Below, piece by piece: positions 47,443 through 58,018 of a stretch of 64,000 bases of DNA (position 1 is its first letter; each line of letters opens with the position of its first letter). Made by a program: the position numbers and the translations under genes. The DNA lies in the NCBI GenBank assembly GCA_963730995.1, contig CAVSUB010000005.1:67408-131407 (forward strand), given 5' to 3'. The notes beneath the pieces were generated by a model. It was not told the origin of the DNA and did not search any database. It saw only the letters and a list, made by a program, of their open reading frames with translations. The stretch comes from an uncultured Acidobacteriota bacterium. GTDB lineage: Bacteria; Acidobacteriota; Vicinamibacteria; Vicinamibacterales; 2-12-FULL-66-21.

Positions 47443-48292
47443 CGATGTCGGCGTCGACGACTCCGTGTTGCAGCTGACCGCCATCATCCTGCTGCTGCGA
47501 CCGTCCGATGTCTGGTGGGTCTCGGCCTTCGCCCTGGCTGCGGCCTGTTTGTCGCTGATCGTTCGTGGCGTCAGGCGGTCGCCGATCACTTGGTTGTTGC
47601 TGGCGATGCTCGCCTCGGCCCGGATCGTTTTCGTCTGGCCGCTGTCCGACAACCACATCTATCTCCTGGCTTATTGGTGTCTGGCGATCGGGCTGGCGCT
47701 CGCGGGCCCTACGTCCGCATCGACGCTGGCCGCGAGCAGCCGATGGCTCCTGGGTGCGGCGTTCGCGATGGCGGTTCTGTGGAAAGCGGTTTTGTCGCCT
47801 GACTACCTGGATGGGCGCTTCTTCAGGGTGACGCTCCTGACCGACGAGCGGTTCGCCGATGCATCGATGGTGTTCGGCGGCCTGACGCCCGATCAGATGA
47901 CGCAGAACCGCAAATTCCTCGAGCCGCTGCCGGAAGGCGCCGAGCTGCTGAATCCGCCGCCCTTCGTCGAGCCTCCCCGTTTGCGCGTCTTTGCGACGGT
48001 GGCCACGTGGGGTGGGCTGATGCTCGAAATGGCGATTGCGCTACTGTGCCTGATCCCTGTAAGCAGAGTCACCGAAGTGGCTCGACATGCGGCACTGGTG
48101 CTGTTCTGCGCCACGACGTACGCGCTCGCGCCGGTGGCCGGGTTCGGGTGGCTCATCGCGACGATGGGCCTCGCGCAGTGCCGGCCCGGTCAGCGGCCGC
48201 TGCGCATGGCGTACATCACCGTCTTTGTCTTGATTCTTTTGTACGCCGAAATCCCCTGGACCGGCGTTCTGGCTGACTTGACACTGCGTTGA
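47411..48292 (+). CDS. HTTM-like multi-pass membrane protein
   Basis: DNHIYL and WK..SPDYLDG motifs; many TM segments. Confidence 0.7.
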   Translation: MWTRPVQSASDDVGVDDSVLQLTAIILLLRPSDVWWVSAFALAAACLSLIVRGVRRSPITWLLLAMLASARIVFVWPLSDNHIYLLAYWCLAIGLALAGPTSASTLAASSRWLLGAAFAMAVLWKAVLSPDYLDGRFFRVTLLTDERFADASMVFGGLTPDQMTQNRKFLEPLPEGAELLNPPPFVEPPRLRVFATVATWGGLMLEMAIALLCLIPVSRVTEVARHAALVLFCATTYALAPVAGFGWLIATMGLAQCRPGQRPLRMAYITVFVLILLYAEIPWTGVLADLTLR

Positions 48293-48315
48293 CGGGCCCA
48301 GGAAACCCTCGCCGA

Positions 48316-48341
48316 CGCGGGGTCCAGACACCCCGCGCTAC
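48316..48341. repeat. Single GTAG-type REP copy
   Basis: CGCGGGGT-CCAGAC-ACCCCGCG-CTAC between convergent genes. Confidence 0.55.
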
Positions 48342-48382
48342 AGCAAGGCCATGAGTCGCGGCGGGGGCTGCATTCCCTCTAC

Positions 48383-50791
48383 TCAGCGCCGCCGGCCGCC
48401 TCCCCCGCGAGATCCGCCGCCCCCGCGAGATCCGCCGCCGCCTCGATAGCTGCCCGTGCCACTACCGCTCCGAGTGTTGCCGCCGCTATAGTTTCCGTAG
48501 TCCTTGGTCCGCTGCGTGCCTTCGCGGCGTGCGGCGGCATCGCGATCGAGCTGATCCGCGGTGCTGCGATCCACCGAGCTGGGCCGGTCCGTGGTCGATC
48601 GATCGGTTGGCTGGGGCCTCTCCGACGACGGCTGCCTGTCCGTATTCGACCATCCGCCGTTGTCGTACTTCTGCCAGGTCCCGCCGTCATTCCGATAGAC
48701 GTTGCCGTCCTTTCCGGCGTAGACGTTGCCGCCCTCACCGACGCCCACGGCGCCGCCGCCCGGCCCGCGCTTGGTGACCGCTGAGCCCTCGTCGGTCCTG
48801 ATCGTGCGCGTGGTGGTCCCGGTTCTGTTGTTGGTATAGCGGTTGGTCTTGGCCCAATCGTCGCCGCGCTGTACCCCGGTCGAACCCCAGCTTCCATACA
48901 CGTTCGATCCCTGGCGTGTCGCTGCGTACGTCCCCGTGCGCGGGTTGTACGCCTGCGCCACGCCGCGCGCGCCGTACGGCCCGTAGGCGGCGGCGCCACG
49001 AGCGTAGGTTCCGGTGCGCGGGTTGTAGCGGGCGCCGACGCCGGCGCCGCCGTAGGGGCCATACACGCCGGCGCTGCGCCCGTATGCCCCAGTCCACGGG
49101 TTATAAAAGGCGGAGTAGCCGTAGGTCGGAAAATACCCGTAGTAGTACGGATAGAAGCCGCCATACCCGACGTACGGTGGATAGTACCAACCGGAACCCC
49201 ACACCGTGCAGCCCCAGGCAACCATCATCCCGGTGTAGCCGGCGGCGGCCGCGTACACGACCCAATCGTCATTGGACTCTTCCACGGTGACGTAGGTCAC
49301 ATGATTCGCGGGAGAGCTGACGGGGATCGTGTAGATCTCTTGAGGGACGGAACTTGCGACCTCCCATGGGCCCGAGGCGCCCTGTCCGACGAACCAGACG
49401 CCCTGATAGCACATGTAGTAAGACCCGCCGATCTTGAAGACGTCCTTGTCGGTGTTCACGGCGCGCTCGATGGTCGTCGTCTCGATCGGCGCGAACTGCG
49501 GATCGCCCGTGAACGCGACGTCCGGAGCCTTCACCTCCTTCTTGTTGACCCGCGCAGTCTGCGGAATCTGGGCCAGGAGGACCGCTTCAGCGGCCTTGTC
49601 GGTGCCCGGCACCGATGCGAGCACGCGCGAACGTTCGTGCTCGAGCGGGATCTTCTTGAAGTCCTCCGGCAGCGACGGCGTCGCAAACGTCCACGGTCCA
49701 TCAAAGCCTGGCGCCGAGAACCAGCGGCCCGCGACCAGGTAGTAGACAGGACCGGTCTTCCCCATCCGGAAGACATCGCTCTCGGTGTTGCTCACCCAGA
49801 GGAGCCCGGTGCCCTGGACCAGAAGGTAGCGTGGCTCGCCTGTGAGCAAAATGAGCTCGCCGGGCTGCTGACTGACGAAAACCCGCGGGACGGCCGCCGC
49901 CTTGATCGCCTTGCCCGGCAGGTTGGCCTTGACGTCCTTCCAGTTGTCCTCCGCCGGCAGCTTCGTGAAGCTGTCGGGCAGATGTCCGGCCGGCGTCCAC
50001 GGGCCCTTGACGTCGGTCGCCTTCAGCCACACATCCTTGTTCAGCAGGTAGTATGTGTTCGTCGGCACGTGCTGAAAGAGGTCCCAGTTCGTGTTGACGG
50101 CGAACTTCAGGTCGTTCTCTTTGATCGGGCTCCAAATAGGCTCCCCATCGAGGTTCACTATCACCGCCGGCGTTTTGCTGAAGAACACGGTCGGGGGATC
50201 GGCCTTGATGCCCTCGACGTTCTTCGGCACGATCACGCTCTTGTCCAGATTGGCGAGGACGCGATCGAGCGCAATCAGTCGATCGTCGACTGGAATCGCC
50301 TGGACGATCGCTGCGGTGATCTCCTGCACCTGCTCCTTCTGAAGGGTGCTGAAACTGGCTTCAACGATCTTCATTGCCTGAAAGTTGACCAGCCGATCCG
50401 AGAGGGCGACCTTCGTGTCCGCCTCGATCTTGATTGTGCCGAGTGCGGGCTTGTCGCCGGCCTTGCTGCGATAGGACACCGCGCTGAACGCCACCATGTG
50501 GGTCTGCTTGTCCCAGCTAGAAATCTGTGGCTGATAGACGAGGACGCTGCCTTCGCTCGGCAGGCTGTACGTGCGCGGCCACCCGCCATCGACTATCGGC
50601 GCCGCCGGGGGCTTCGCGCCCGCCTGGGGGGCGGTTGGCGCGGCCGCAGTCGGAGCGGGCGCCGCAGATGGCTTCGCGGTCGGCTGACCCTGGCTCGCCA
50701 TCGCGGCGAACAGGTGCGCCGTCGGTTGCAGCAACATACTGAATGCCGCGACGATTGCCGCGGCGCGGTGTGGCCGTCTTCTGGGGTTCAT
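48383..50791 (-). CDS. Large secreted protein with Tyr/Gly-rich repeats and RGG tail
   Basis: Signal-like N-terminus; repeated ..NT..D.F...YY....W..A...GPW units; YNP.TG.Y repeats. Confidence 0.85.
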   Translation of the reverse strand: MNPRRRPHRAAAIVAAFSMLLQPTAHLFAAMASQGQPTAKPSAAPAPTAAAPTAPQAGAKPPAAPIVDGGWPRTYSLPSEGSVLVYQPQISSWDKQTHMVAFSAVSYRSKAGDKPALGTIKIEADTKVALSDRLVNFQAMKIVEASFSTLQKEQVQEITAAIVQAIPVDDRLIALDRVLANLDKSVIVPKNVEGIKADPPTVFFSKTPAVIVNLDGEPIWSPIKENDLKFAVNTNWDLFQHVPTNTYYLLNKDVWLKATDVKGPWTPAGHLPDSFTKLPAEDNWKDVKANLPGKAIKAAAVPRVFVSQQPGELILLTGEPRYLLVQGTGLLWVSNTESDVFRMGKTGPVYYLVAGRWFSAPGFDGPWTFATPSLPEDFKKIPLEHERSRVLASVPGTDKAAEAVLLAQIPQTARVNKKEVKAPDVAFTGDPQFAPIETTTIERAVNTDKDVFKIGGSYYMCYQGVWFVGQGASGPWEVASSVPQEIYTIPVSSPANHVTYVTVEESNDDWVVYAAAAGYTGMMVAWGCTVWGSGWYYPPYVGYGGFYPYYYGYFPTYGYSAFYNPWTGAYGRSAGVYGPYGGAGVGARYNPRTGTYARGAAAYGPYGARGVAQAYNPRTGTYAATRQGSNVYGSWGSTGVQRGDDWAKTNRYTNNRTGTTTRTIRTDEGSAVTKRGPGGGAVGVGEGGNVYAGKDGNVYRNDGGTWQKYDNGGWSNTDRQPSSERPQPTDRSTTDRPSSVDRSTADQLDRDAAARREGTQRTKDYGNYSGGNTRSGSGTGSYRGGGGSRGGGGSRGGGGRRR

Positions 50792-50846
50792 CGCTTCTGC
50801 ATCCTTCCGCGAGTGTCTGAGCCTTCCCGCCGAACCACGATCTCCG

Positions 50847-51200
50847 TCAGGCTGCCAACCACGCGCGCGCGTCGGCGATGGCCCCATCGACGAAGAAACT
50901 CACCGACGCCCGGCGCACGCCCGCGAACATCAATGTCTCGCTCCGCCATCGCTCCGGTCCGACAATAGCTATGCGTTCGATCCTATCGCCGTACTCCGCG
51001 AAATACGAGAGGTCGTCCCAGCGCCCTTGCGGATCCCACCCTTCGAATCCATCGAGAACGAACAGCAACCTCGCCGAACCGGTGCGCGCCAACTCGATCG
51101 TCAGGCGCTGCTGGCACTCCTCGAACTCCGTCTGGCGCAACATCCCGCGCACGTCCAGGCGAAAGACGTTGTCGCGCTCGTGTTCGAGTGAAATCGGCAT
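50847..51200 (-). CDS. STAS/SEC14 (SpoIIAA-like) protein
   Basis: RLLFVLDGFEGWD..WDDL...IERIAIVG...ARAWL. Confidence 0.85.
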   Translation of the reverse strand: MPISLEHERDNVFRLDVRGMLRQTEFEECQQRLTIELARTGSARLLFVLDGFEGWDPQGRWDDLSYFAEYGDRIERIAIVGPERWRSETLMFAGVRRASVSFFVDGAIADARAWLAA

Positions 51201-51581
51201 GCCGTGCGCCCGGTCTGGGCCCTGATTGCCGGTACCTGTCGTGCGTCCAGGCGAAAGCGCGACTGCGCGGACCCCACGCGGGGCTCGCGCAGGCGGCACC
51301 GGTTTTCGGAGGTGCAGAGAACATGCCCGCCACCGGCCCTCTGGTTGGGGCTTTAAGTCGCCTGTTTATGATAGTAACCTGCGGACCAGGATAGCTGGCT
51401 TTGCCCCCCGCGTCCGGAGCCTCCGCCACACCGGAGATCCTCCGAAATAGCGGATGGCGCGACCCCGGATCTCGCCGCTACTTGACTTCGTGGGCGGCGG
51501 CGCAGAGAGGGTGCCCGACGGCTCGGCACTTGCACCCGGAGCGCGTCGATCACCAAAGCCTTCGACTCGAAAGGACGGAGT

Positions 51582-52133
51582 ATGCAGAAGAGACTCGTAA
51601 CCCTCGCGCTCGCGATGGTGCTGACACCGACGCTGGCCATGGCTCAGAAGGTCAGCTACGACTACGACAAGACCGCGAGCTTTGCCGGCAAGACCTACGC
51701 CCTCAAGGACGGAACCAAGGTCGGGCAGCAGCTCATCGACGACCGCATCGTGGCCGCGATCGACACGGAGCTTGCGGCCAAGGGCCTCACGAAGACGGAG
51801 TCGAACCCGGACATGTTCGTCGTTTACCACGTGGCGTTCGACAAGCAGAAGGACATCTCGACGTACAGCTCGGGCTACGGCGGCGGCTACGGCCCCTACG
51901 GTTGGGGCTACGGTGGCGGCTGGGGTGGCGGCGGCACGACCAGCACGCAGGTGCGCGACATCCTGGTCGGCACGCTCGTCATCGATATCGCGGACGCCAA
52001 GAAGGGACAGGTCATCTGGCGCGGAATGGGCGTCAAGGAGGTCGACACCCAGGCCAAGCCTGAGAAGCGCGACAAGAGCATCAGCAGCGCCGTGAACAAG
52101 ATCTTCAAGAACTACCCACCGAAGAAGTCCTAG
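51582..52133 (+). CDS. DUF4136-like secreted protein
   Basis: VSYDYD, ELAAKGL, GTLVIDIADA..IWRG, IFKNYPP. Confidence 0.88.
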   Translation: MQKRLVTLALAMVLTPTLAMAQKVSYDYDKTASFAGKTYALKDGTKVGQQLIDDRIVAAIDTELAAKGLTKTESNPDMFVVYHVAFDKQKDISTYSSGYGGGYGPYGWGYGGGWGGGGTTSTQVRDILVGTLVIDIADAKKGQVIWRGMGVKEVDTQAKPEKRDKSISSAVNKIFKNYPPKKS

Positions 52134-52168
52134 GCATAGGCGGCTGAACTCGGTATCTGGGGGGCATC

Positions 52169-52696
52169 GTGGTTCGACCCGTTCGATTCGTCCGATTCGT
52201 CGAATTAATGACGTGCGCGCTCGTCCTGTTGATGGCCGGCAGCGCGGCGGCGCAAGCGCCGTCCGGGCAGGCCAGCGAAAAAGAGACCAAGACGCTCAAT
52301 CTCACTGCGTACGCAGAGTTGCTTCGCAGCGACGTGCGGGCGCAGAAGGTCGCGATTATCACCGAGGTAATGCACTTCACCGAGGCCGAGGACGCGGCCT
52401 TCTGGCCGATTTATCGCGAATACGACCTTGAAATGGCCAAGCTCGGCGACGAGCGGGTCGCCCTGATCGCCGAGTACGCGAGCAACTATTCGAACCTCAC
52501 GGACGCGATCGCCGAAAAGCTGGCCAGCAAGGCGCTCGACCTCGAGGCAAAACGGCAGGCCCTGAAGTCGAAGTATTTCGATCGCTTCAAGACGGCCCTG
52601 TCGCCGCGCACGGCCCTGCGCTTCCTGCAGGTCGAGCATCAGCTGTTGCTGCTGATCGATCTGCAGATCTCGGCCGCGCTTCCCATCGTCAAGTGA
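52169..52696 (+). CDS. Secreted alpha-helical hypothetical protein
   Basis: Signal peptide; AFWPIYREY; RFLQVE. Confidence 0.8.
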   Translation: MVRPVRFVRFVELMTCALVLLMAGSAAAQAPSGQASEKETKTLNLTAYAELLRSDVRAQKVAIITEVMHFTEAEDAAFWPIYREYDLEMAKLGDERVALIAEYASNYSNLTDAIAEKLASKALDLEAKRQALKSKYFDRFKTALSPRTALRFLQVEHQLLLLIDLQISAALPIVK

Positions 52697-53532
52697 CAGG
52701 AGTGGCCAGGATGCGTATCGGAAGCGCTCGAGCGTCCGCCGTGGGTGTTGCCGTGGTGCTCGTTGTCGGGATGAGCGTGTCGCTCTCCGCGGACCGTGTC
52801 CGGTTGCGTTCCGGAAAGACGGTGGAAGGCATGTTCATGGGCGGGGACAGTAAATCGGTCCGTGTGCTGCTCGACGACGGGAGCGTTTCCGAGATCCCGC
52901 TCGAAGAGGCGATCGCCGTGGAATTCTCGGCACGGAAGCCCAAAGCCGCACCTGCGCCTGCGCCTGCAGCTAAACCTGCACCTGCACCTGCTGCGCAGGC
53001 GCCCGCTCCCGCCGCGGCTCCAAAGCCGGTGACGGTCCCGGCGGGGACGATGTTGAATGTACGCCTGGCGCAGGCGATCGACGTCGACACCTCGGCTACC
53101 GGTCAGACCTTCAAGGCGATTGTCGATGACCCCGTCATGATTGGCGGGTCCGTCGTTATTCCGCGCGGCGCGTCCGCGGTTGTTCAAGCCGTCCACGTAG
53201 AGCAGTCGGGCAAGATGAAGGGCAGCGACAAGATCTCTTTGAAGGTGAACTCCATCGGCTTTGGCGGAATGGTGCACGAGGTTACGACGACATACGTGCA
53301 GACGAAGGGCTCGGGCGAGGGCAAGAAGACGTCGCGCAAAGTCGCCGGTGGCGCCGGTCTGGGCGCGATCGTCGGAGGGATTGCCGGTGGCGGCAGCGGA
53401 GCGGCCATTGGCGCAGCCGTGGGCGGCGTGACCGGCGGCGCGATTGCGGCCGGCGGGGAGGAACATCTGCAGCTGCCGGCTGAGACGCGGCTCCAGTTTC
53501 AATTGACCGCCGCGGTCAACATCCGACCGTGA
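52693..53532 (+). CDS. Secreted protein with Pro/Ala linker and glycine zipper
   Basis: VTVPAGT.L.VRL, IPRGA, GAGLGAIVGGIAGGG..AAIGAAVG. Confidence 0.8.
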   Translation: MTGVARMRIGSARASAVGVAVVLVVGMSVSLSADRVRLRSGKTVEGMFMGGDSKSVRVLLDDGSVSEIPLEEAIAVEFSARKPKAAPAPAPAAKPAPAPAAQAPAPAAAPKPVTVPAGTMLNVRLAQAIDVDTSATGQTFKAIVDDPVMIGGSVVIPRGASAVVQAVHVEQSGKMKGSDKISLKVNSIGFGGMVHEVTTTYVQTKGSGEGKKTSRKVAGGAGLGAIVGGIAGGGSGAAIGAAVGGVTGGAIAAGGEEHLQLPAETRLQFQLTAAVNIRP

Positions 53533-53631
53533 GCCACCGGGGCAGTCCTTAGCGGTAAGCGTCATGGTCAGTCGGGCCGCTCAGATCTTCTCGCGCTGGA
53601 CACCTCCGGGGACGAAGACTCGAGAGCAGCC

Positions 53632-55012
53632 ATGACTCGGTCGGCGCACGGCGTTCTGTTCACCTCATTCCTCCTCCTAACGCCAGCAGCCGTTCGAGCT
53701 CAGGAGGTCCCGCAAGACACGCCAGCCCCGACGGCCAGCCAGGAAGAACAGGCGCGTCCAACTGGATTGCCCTCCCGCATCAAGTGGACGTTCAACCTCG
53801 ACGCCGGGTGGGGTTCGTTCGGGTTCGCGAACTCGCTCTTCATCAATCCGAGGGAGCCAGGGGTCGACGAAGACCTCAGCGACCAGTGGTTCGAGGGCTA
53901 TGCCAAGCCAGCACTGTCGGGCACCTACACGTTCGCGACCTCGAGCGAAATCTACGGCAAGTTGAGCGTTGTCGGCGAGCGCACGTATGGCTCGGTGCCG
54001 TCGGCCTTCGGTGAAGACGTCTCGTCGTTCGGGCCTGAGGATCTCTCCATTGGCTGGCGATCCGGCAAGTCATTGTCGGTTGGCGAGAACGCTCTCGACT
54101 TCGTCATCGGGCGGACGGAGTACCGCCTGGGTCACGGGTTTCTGCTCTGGGACGGTGCTGCCGAGGGCGGCAGCCGCGGGGGCTACTGGACCAACGCGCG
54201 CAAGGCCTTCCAGTTCGCGGCGATCGGCCGCTTCCAGCCGGGAGCGCACAAGGTCGAGGTCTTCTATCTCGACAAGGACGAGCTCGCGGAAAGTGATAGC
54301 GGCAGCCGACTGTGGGGCACCAACTACGAGTACCGCATCGGCGAGAACACGACACTCGGCGCGACGTACATGAAGTGGTTCGCCGATGCGGCGATCAAAC
54401 CAGAGCGCGACGGACTGAACGTGTTCAATCTGCGCGCCTACACGGCTCCCCTGCCCAACACACCTGATCTGTCGTTCGAAGTCGAGTACGCCTCCGAGCG
54501 CAACGGCAAGGCGCTCGACTCGAACGCGTGGACGTTCGAAGGCGCCTATGAACTCAGTACGGTTACGTGGAAGCCGAAGCTCTCCTACCGCTACGCCTTC
54601 TTCCAGGGAGACGATCCGGAAACGGCGACTAACGAGGCGTTCGATCCCCTGTTCCTCGGTTTCTACGACTGGGGCTCATGGTGGCAGGGTGAGATCGCGG
54701 GCGAGGTACTTTCTCTCCAACTCCAATCTGAAATCGCATCGCGTCCGAATTCACGTGACTCCGCGCGACGCCTTCAGCGGAGGGCTGATTTTCTACAAGT
54801 TCGCATTCGACCAGCCGAGATCGGTCGGTCCAGACGTCACTGCGACAGATGCGGCGTTTGAACTCGATGCGTACGCGGACTGGAAACTGAATCAGAACCT
54901 TACCGTGAGCTTCGTCGGCGCCTACGCCGACCCCGGGAAAGCCGTCCAGCAAGCCACCGGTCGAACCAAGAACTTCGCCTACGGCATGGCGTACGTGGCG
55001 TATAGCTTCTGA
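53632..55012 (+). pseudogene. Alginate-export-like outer membrane beta-barrel with a single frameshift (or sequence error)
   Basis: The first frame reads to GEIAGE; an extra G at ~54705 follows; the next frame continues YFLSNSN...YVAYSF with a terminal Phe. Confidence 0.75.
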
Positions 55013-55069
55013 ACCGGGTAGGCTGCAATCGAGCGAAGGAGCAGGTGGTCACCGCTTGGTTTCAGGTCG

Positions 55070-56008
55070 TCACTGGATCGCCGTCCAGGACGCGTCGGGA
55101 TCGTAGAGCGTCATCGCCCTGGCCGCGGCGTCCGATCCCGCACCGAGGTCCTTTTCGCGAACGATGCCATCCCGATTGACGATGAACGTCATGACGCCCG
55201 TCGAGTCGTACTGCGCGGGCCACGCCACGAGCGCGAAACCGCCCGACATCCTGCCATCCGCCACGAAGTCCTTCGCCCCTCCAGCCGCCGAGGGGCCCTG
55301 GGCGGTGAGGATCTTGAAGTAGTAACCGTGAAACGGTGACGGCTGCGAGCCATCTTTCCCAATCGGCCGGCCCTCCGCCGCGGCCGTGGCCACCAGGTCA
55401 CCCAGCGGACTGCGCTTCTGGCCGCGTCCCGAGGGCCAGTACAGTCCGTTCTCGCGGCCCGCATCGCTGCGGAACGTTCTGGCATAAAGTCCCGCTGGTT
55501 GCCCATCGTGTCCTTTTTGGGCATAGAGCTGTTGGGCGGCGACGTACGTGCGGCAGATCGTGATGACCATCAGCTCGTTGCGGCCGATTCGTCTGTCGAG
55601 CACTTCCTCTTTTCCCGCGGCTGTGTCGAACCGCCAGCCGCTGTCGACTTTCATCAGAGGAACCGGAAACGGCCATCCCTCGTTGCCGACGACGAGCACC
55701 TTGCGCCCACTGCCCTGATCGACCAGCTTCCACGCCTCGGCGGCCGCAACCGTGAACACATCACGATTGCGACGGGCGGTTGCCGGATCGGAGGAGTCCA
55801 CGAGCTCCTGTCCGTCTGGTCCGAAGATCGCGACGACCTCGTCCAGCGCTCCGGCTTTGGCCGCCCCGATGAGCGCCCGCACGGCGTCCTCGGGCGTCGC
55901 GAAGGTTCGAGAGGTCGAAGCCGTGCGCCTGCACGAGGCGAGCGTCATCAACGTCACGCAGGTGAGCACCATCAGAGCCACGGTCGTCGTCGAGCGTCTG
56001 CCCGTCAC
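55070..56008 (-). CDS. DUF2950 family lipoprotein
   Basis: WPFPVPL, RRIGRNEL, GLYW, PFHGYYFKIL, AWPAQY..TGVMTF. Confidence 0.9.
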   Translation of the reverse strand: MTGRRSTTTVALMVLTCVTLMTLASCRRTASTSRTFATPEDAVRALIGAAKAGALDEVVAIFGPDGQELVDSSDPATARRNRDVFTVAAAEAWKLVDQGSGRKVLVVGNEGWPFPVPLMKVDSGWRFDTAAGKEEVLDRRIGRNELMVITICRTYVAAQQLYAQKGHDGQPAGLYARTFRSDAGRENGLYWPSGRGQKRSPLGDLVATAAAEGRPIGKDGSQPSPFHGYYFKILTAQGPSAAGGAKDFVADGRMSGGFALVAWPAQYDSTGVMTFIVNRDGIVREKDLGAGSDAAARAMTLYDPDASWTAIQ

Positions 56009-57210
56009 CTGCGTCCTCCGCGCGAGCTGCTTCGGCTGCGCTGTCCGCGTTGGCTGGCGGAACGTTCAGACCTTCCGCTCGAATACCCCGAAAACGCATC
56101 CGATTTCGTGCCGCTCCGCTCACGGGTGGCCGAATCCGTGCCGCGGCTGTGGCCTCGAGCTTCCTGGCTCGTGCCGGCGGTTCTGTCCTGTGCCGCCGTC
56201 TGCGCTGTGGTGCGCTGCTGCTCGCGCTGAGCCTGCGACTCCGGACGGTTCTGCTGCCGCGTCTGCTGCGCGTCTGTACGCTGTTGCTGGCCGTTCTCCT
56301 GCCGTTGCGTGCGCTGTTCCTGCGCGTTCTCCGCACGGTCGCCGCGCTCGTCGGCGAGGTCCTCCCGGTGGTCCTGCCAGTCTTCGCGCGCATCCTCGCG
56401 GTCGTCGTAGTAGTCGTCCCACGCATCGTTGTACATGTACGCGCCACCGCGCCAACCATAGGGGCCGTAGTAGTAGTCGTTGTCGATCGCCGCGCCAATC
56501 GCGATGCCTGCCGTGAACCCGATCAGGCCCGCTGCGACGGCATCACTGCTGCTGCTTTCCTGAACGACCACCGTGGACGACGACGTCGTGTAGACAGTCT
56601 GCGGGTTGTACTGCGGAACATAGACGACCTGAGGGTTGGCAGGCTCGATCACGACCACCTGCTCGCCACTCGACGTGGTCCTGGTTTCGACGGCCTGTTG
56701 CGGCGTGGTCTTGAGTTTCCCGGCCTCCTGCGCCTTAAGTCTCAGCCGCTGGATGCTGGCGAAGACCGCGGAGCGATCGGCAGTGAACGCCTGGCCGAGC
56801 CTGGCCGTCCGATCGAGATCTCCAGCCATCGCCTCCACGACCTGAGGAAAGAGGACGAGAGCCGCGAAGCTGGCCTCGAAGCCCGACTTCGTCGCCGCGT
56901 CTTGAAGCTCACTTCCTTTCAGCGTCTGGCTGGCGAGCCATTCGTTGAGCGTCGCGACTTTGCCGGGATTCGAGGCACAGAGAAGCATCTGCGCGAGAAG
57001 TTGATCCGGATAGAGGGCGATGGGCGCGAGCAGGCTATCGAGCGCGTCTGGCGTCGCGGCCTGTTTGGGCGCGGGCGCGGCGTGCTTGGACACGGGCGCG
57101 GCCGGCTGTTGCGATGGCAGTGGTTCGGCAGCAAACGGTCCTGGAGGAGGTGCGAGGCCGAACCAGGCGAACACGAGCAGGGCGTGCGTCCCGATCACGA
57201 GTGTCTTCAT
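56005..57210 (-). CDS. DUF3300 family protein
   Basis: LAPIALYPDQLLAQML, IEPANPQVVYVPQYNP; GTGA overlap with the DUF2950 gene. Confidence 0.9.
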   Translation of the reverse strand: MKTLVIGTHALLVFAWFGLAPPPGPFAAEPLPSQQPAAPVSKHAAPAPKQAATPDALDSLLAPIALYPDQLLAQMLLCASNPGKVATLNEWLASQTLKGSELQDAATKSGFEASFAALVLFPQVVEAMAGDLDRTARLGQAFTADRSAVFASIQRLRLKAQEAGKLKTTPQQAVETRTTSSGEQVVVIEPANPQVVYVPQYNPQTVYTTSSSTVVVQESSSSDAVAAGLIGFTAGIAIGAAIDNDYYYGPYGWRGGAYMYNDAWDDYYDDREDAREDWQDHREDLADERGDRAENAQEQRTQRQENGQQQRTDAQQTRQQNRPESQAQREQQRTTAQTAAQDRTAGTSQEARGHSRGTDSATRERSGTKSDAFSGYSSGRSERSASQRGQRSRSSSRGGRR

Positions 57211-57244
57211 GCTGGAAAGGCTCCCAACCAGTGAGATCCAACCC

Positions 57245-58018
57245 TCAGTACCGCTCGCGCACGAATCGCCGGCGCGCAATCGACTTGGCGTCGTCGTACG
57301 CACCCTTCGAGGACCGCTTCGGCAGGCTCACCTTCTTCTGCCGCAGCGTCTTGTGCGGAATCATCGACAGCAGATGCGCGATGGTGTTCAGGCGCGCCGC
57401 CCGCTTGTCGTCGGAGCGGACGATGTGCCAGGGGGCGATGCGCGTGTCGGTCTTCTGCAGCATCATGTCGCGCGCGCGGGAGTAGTCGTACCAGCGCGTG
57501 CGCGCGGGAATGTCCATCGGACTGAGCTTCCACTGCCGTACAGGATCCTCGATGCGGGCTTCGAACCGTCGTTTCTGCTCGTCGTTGCTGACTTCCATCC
57601 ACAGCTTGATCAGAATGATCCCACCCCCGACCATGAACTTCTCGACCTGGGGACAGATCTCCAGGAACCGTTTGTACTCATTGTCCGAGCAGAAACCCAT
57701 CACGCGCTCGACACCGGCGCGGTTGTACCAGCTCCGATCGAAGATGACCACTTCGCCGGCGCTGGGGAAGTGCTGCAGGTAGCGCTGCATGTAGACCTGG
57801 CTCTTTTCACGGTCGGATGGCGCCGGGAGGGCTACCACCCGGAAGACGCGGGGGCTGAGACGCTCGGTGATGGCGCGGATCGTCCCGCCCTTGCCGGCCC
57901 CGTCACGTCCCTCGAACACTATGACGACGCGAAGGCCCTTCTCCTTGACCCATCGCTGCAGGTCGCACAGCCGGACCTGGAGTTTCTCCAACGCTTTCTC
58001 GTACTTCTCACGTTTCAT
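57245..58018 (-). CDS. ppk2: Polyphosphate kinase 2
   Basis: FEGRDGAGKGG, FDRSWYNRAGVERVMGF, WKLSPMD. Confidence 0.95.
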   Translation of the reverse strand: MKREKYEKALEKLQVRLCDLQRWVKEKGLRVVIVFEGRDGAGKGGTIRAITERLSPRVFRVVALPAPSDREKSQVYMQRYLQHFPSAGEVVIFDRSWYNRAGVERVMGFCSDNEYKRFLEICPQVEKFMVGGGIILIKLWMEVSNDEQKRRFEARIEDPVRQWKLSPMDIPARTRWYDYSRARDMMLQKTDTRIAPWHIVRSDDKRAARLNTIAHLLSMIPHKTLRQKKVSLPKRSSKGAYDDAKSIARRRFVRERY

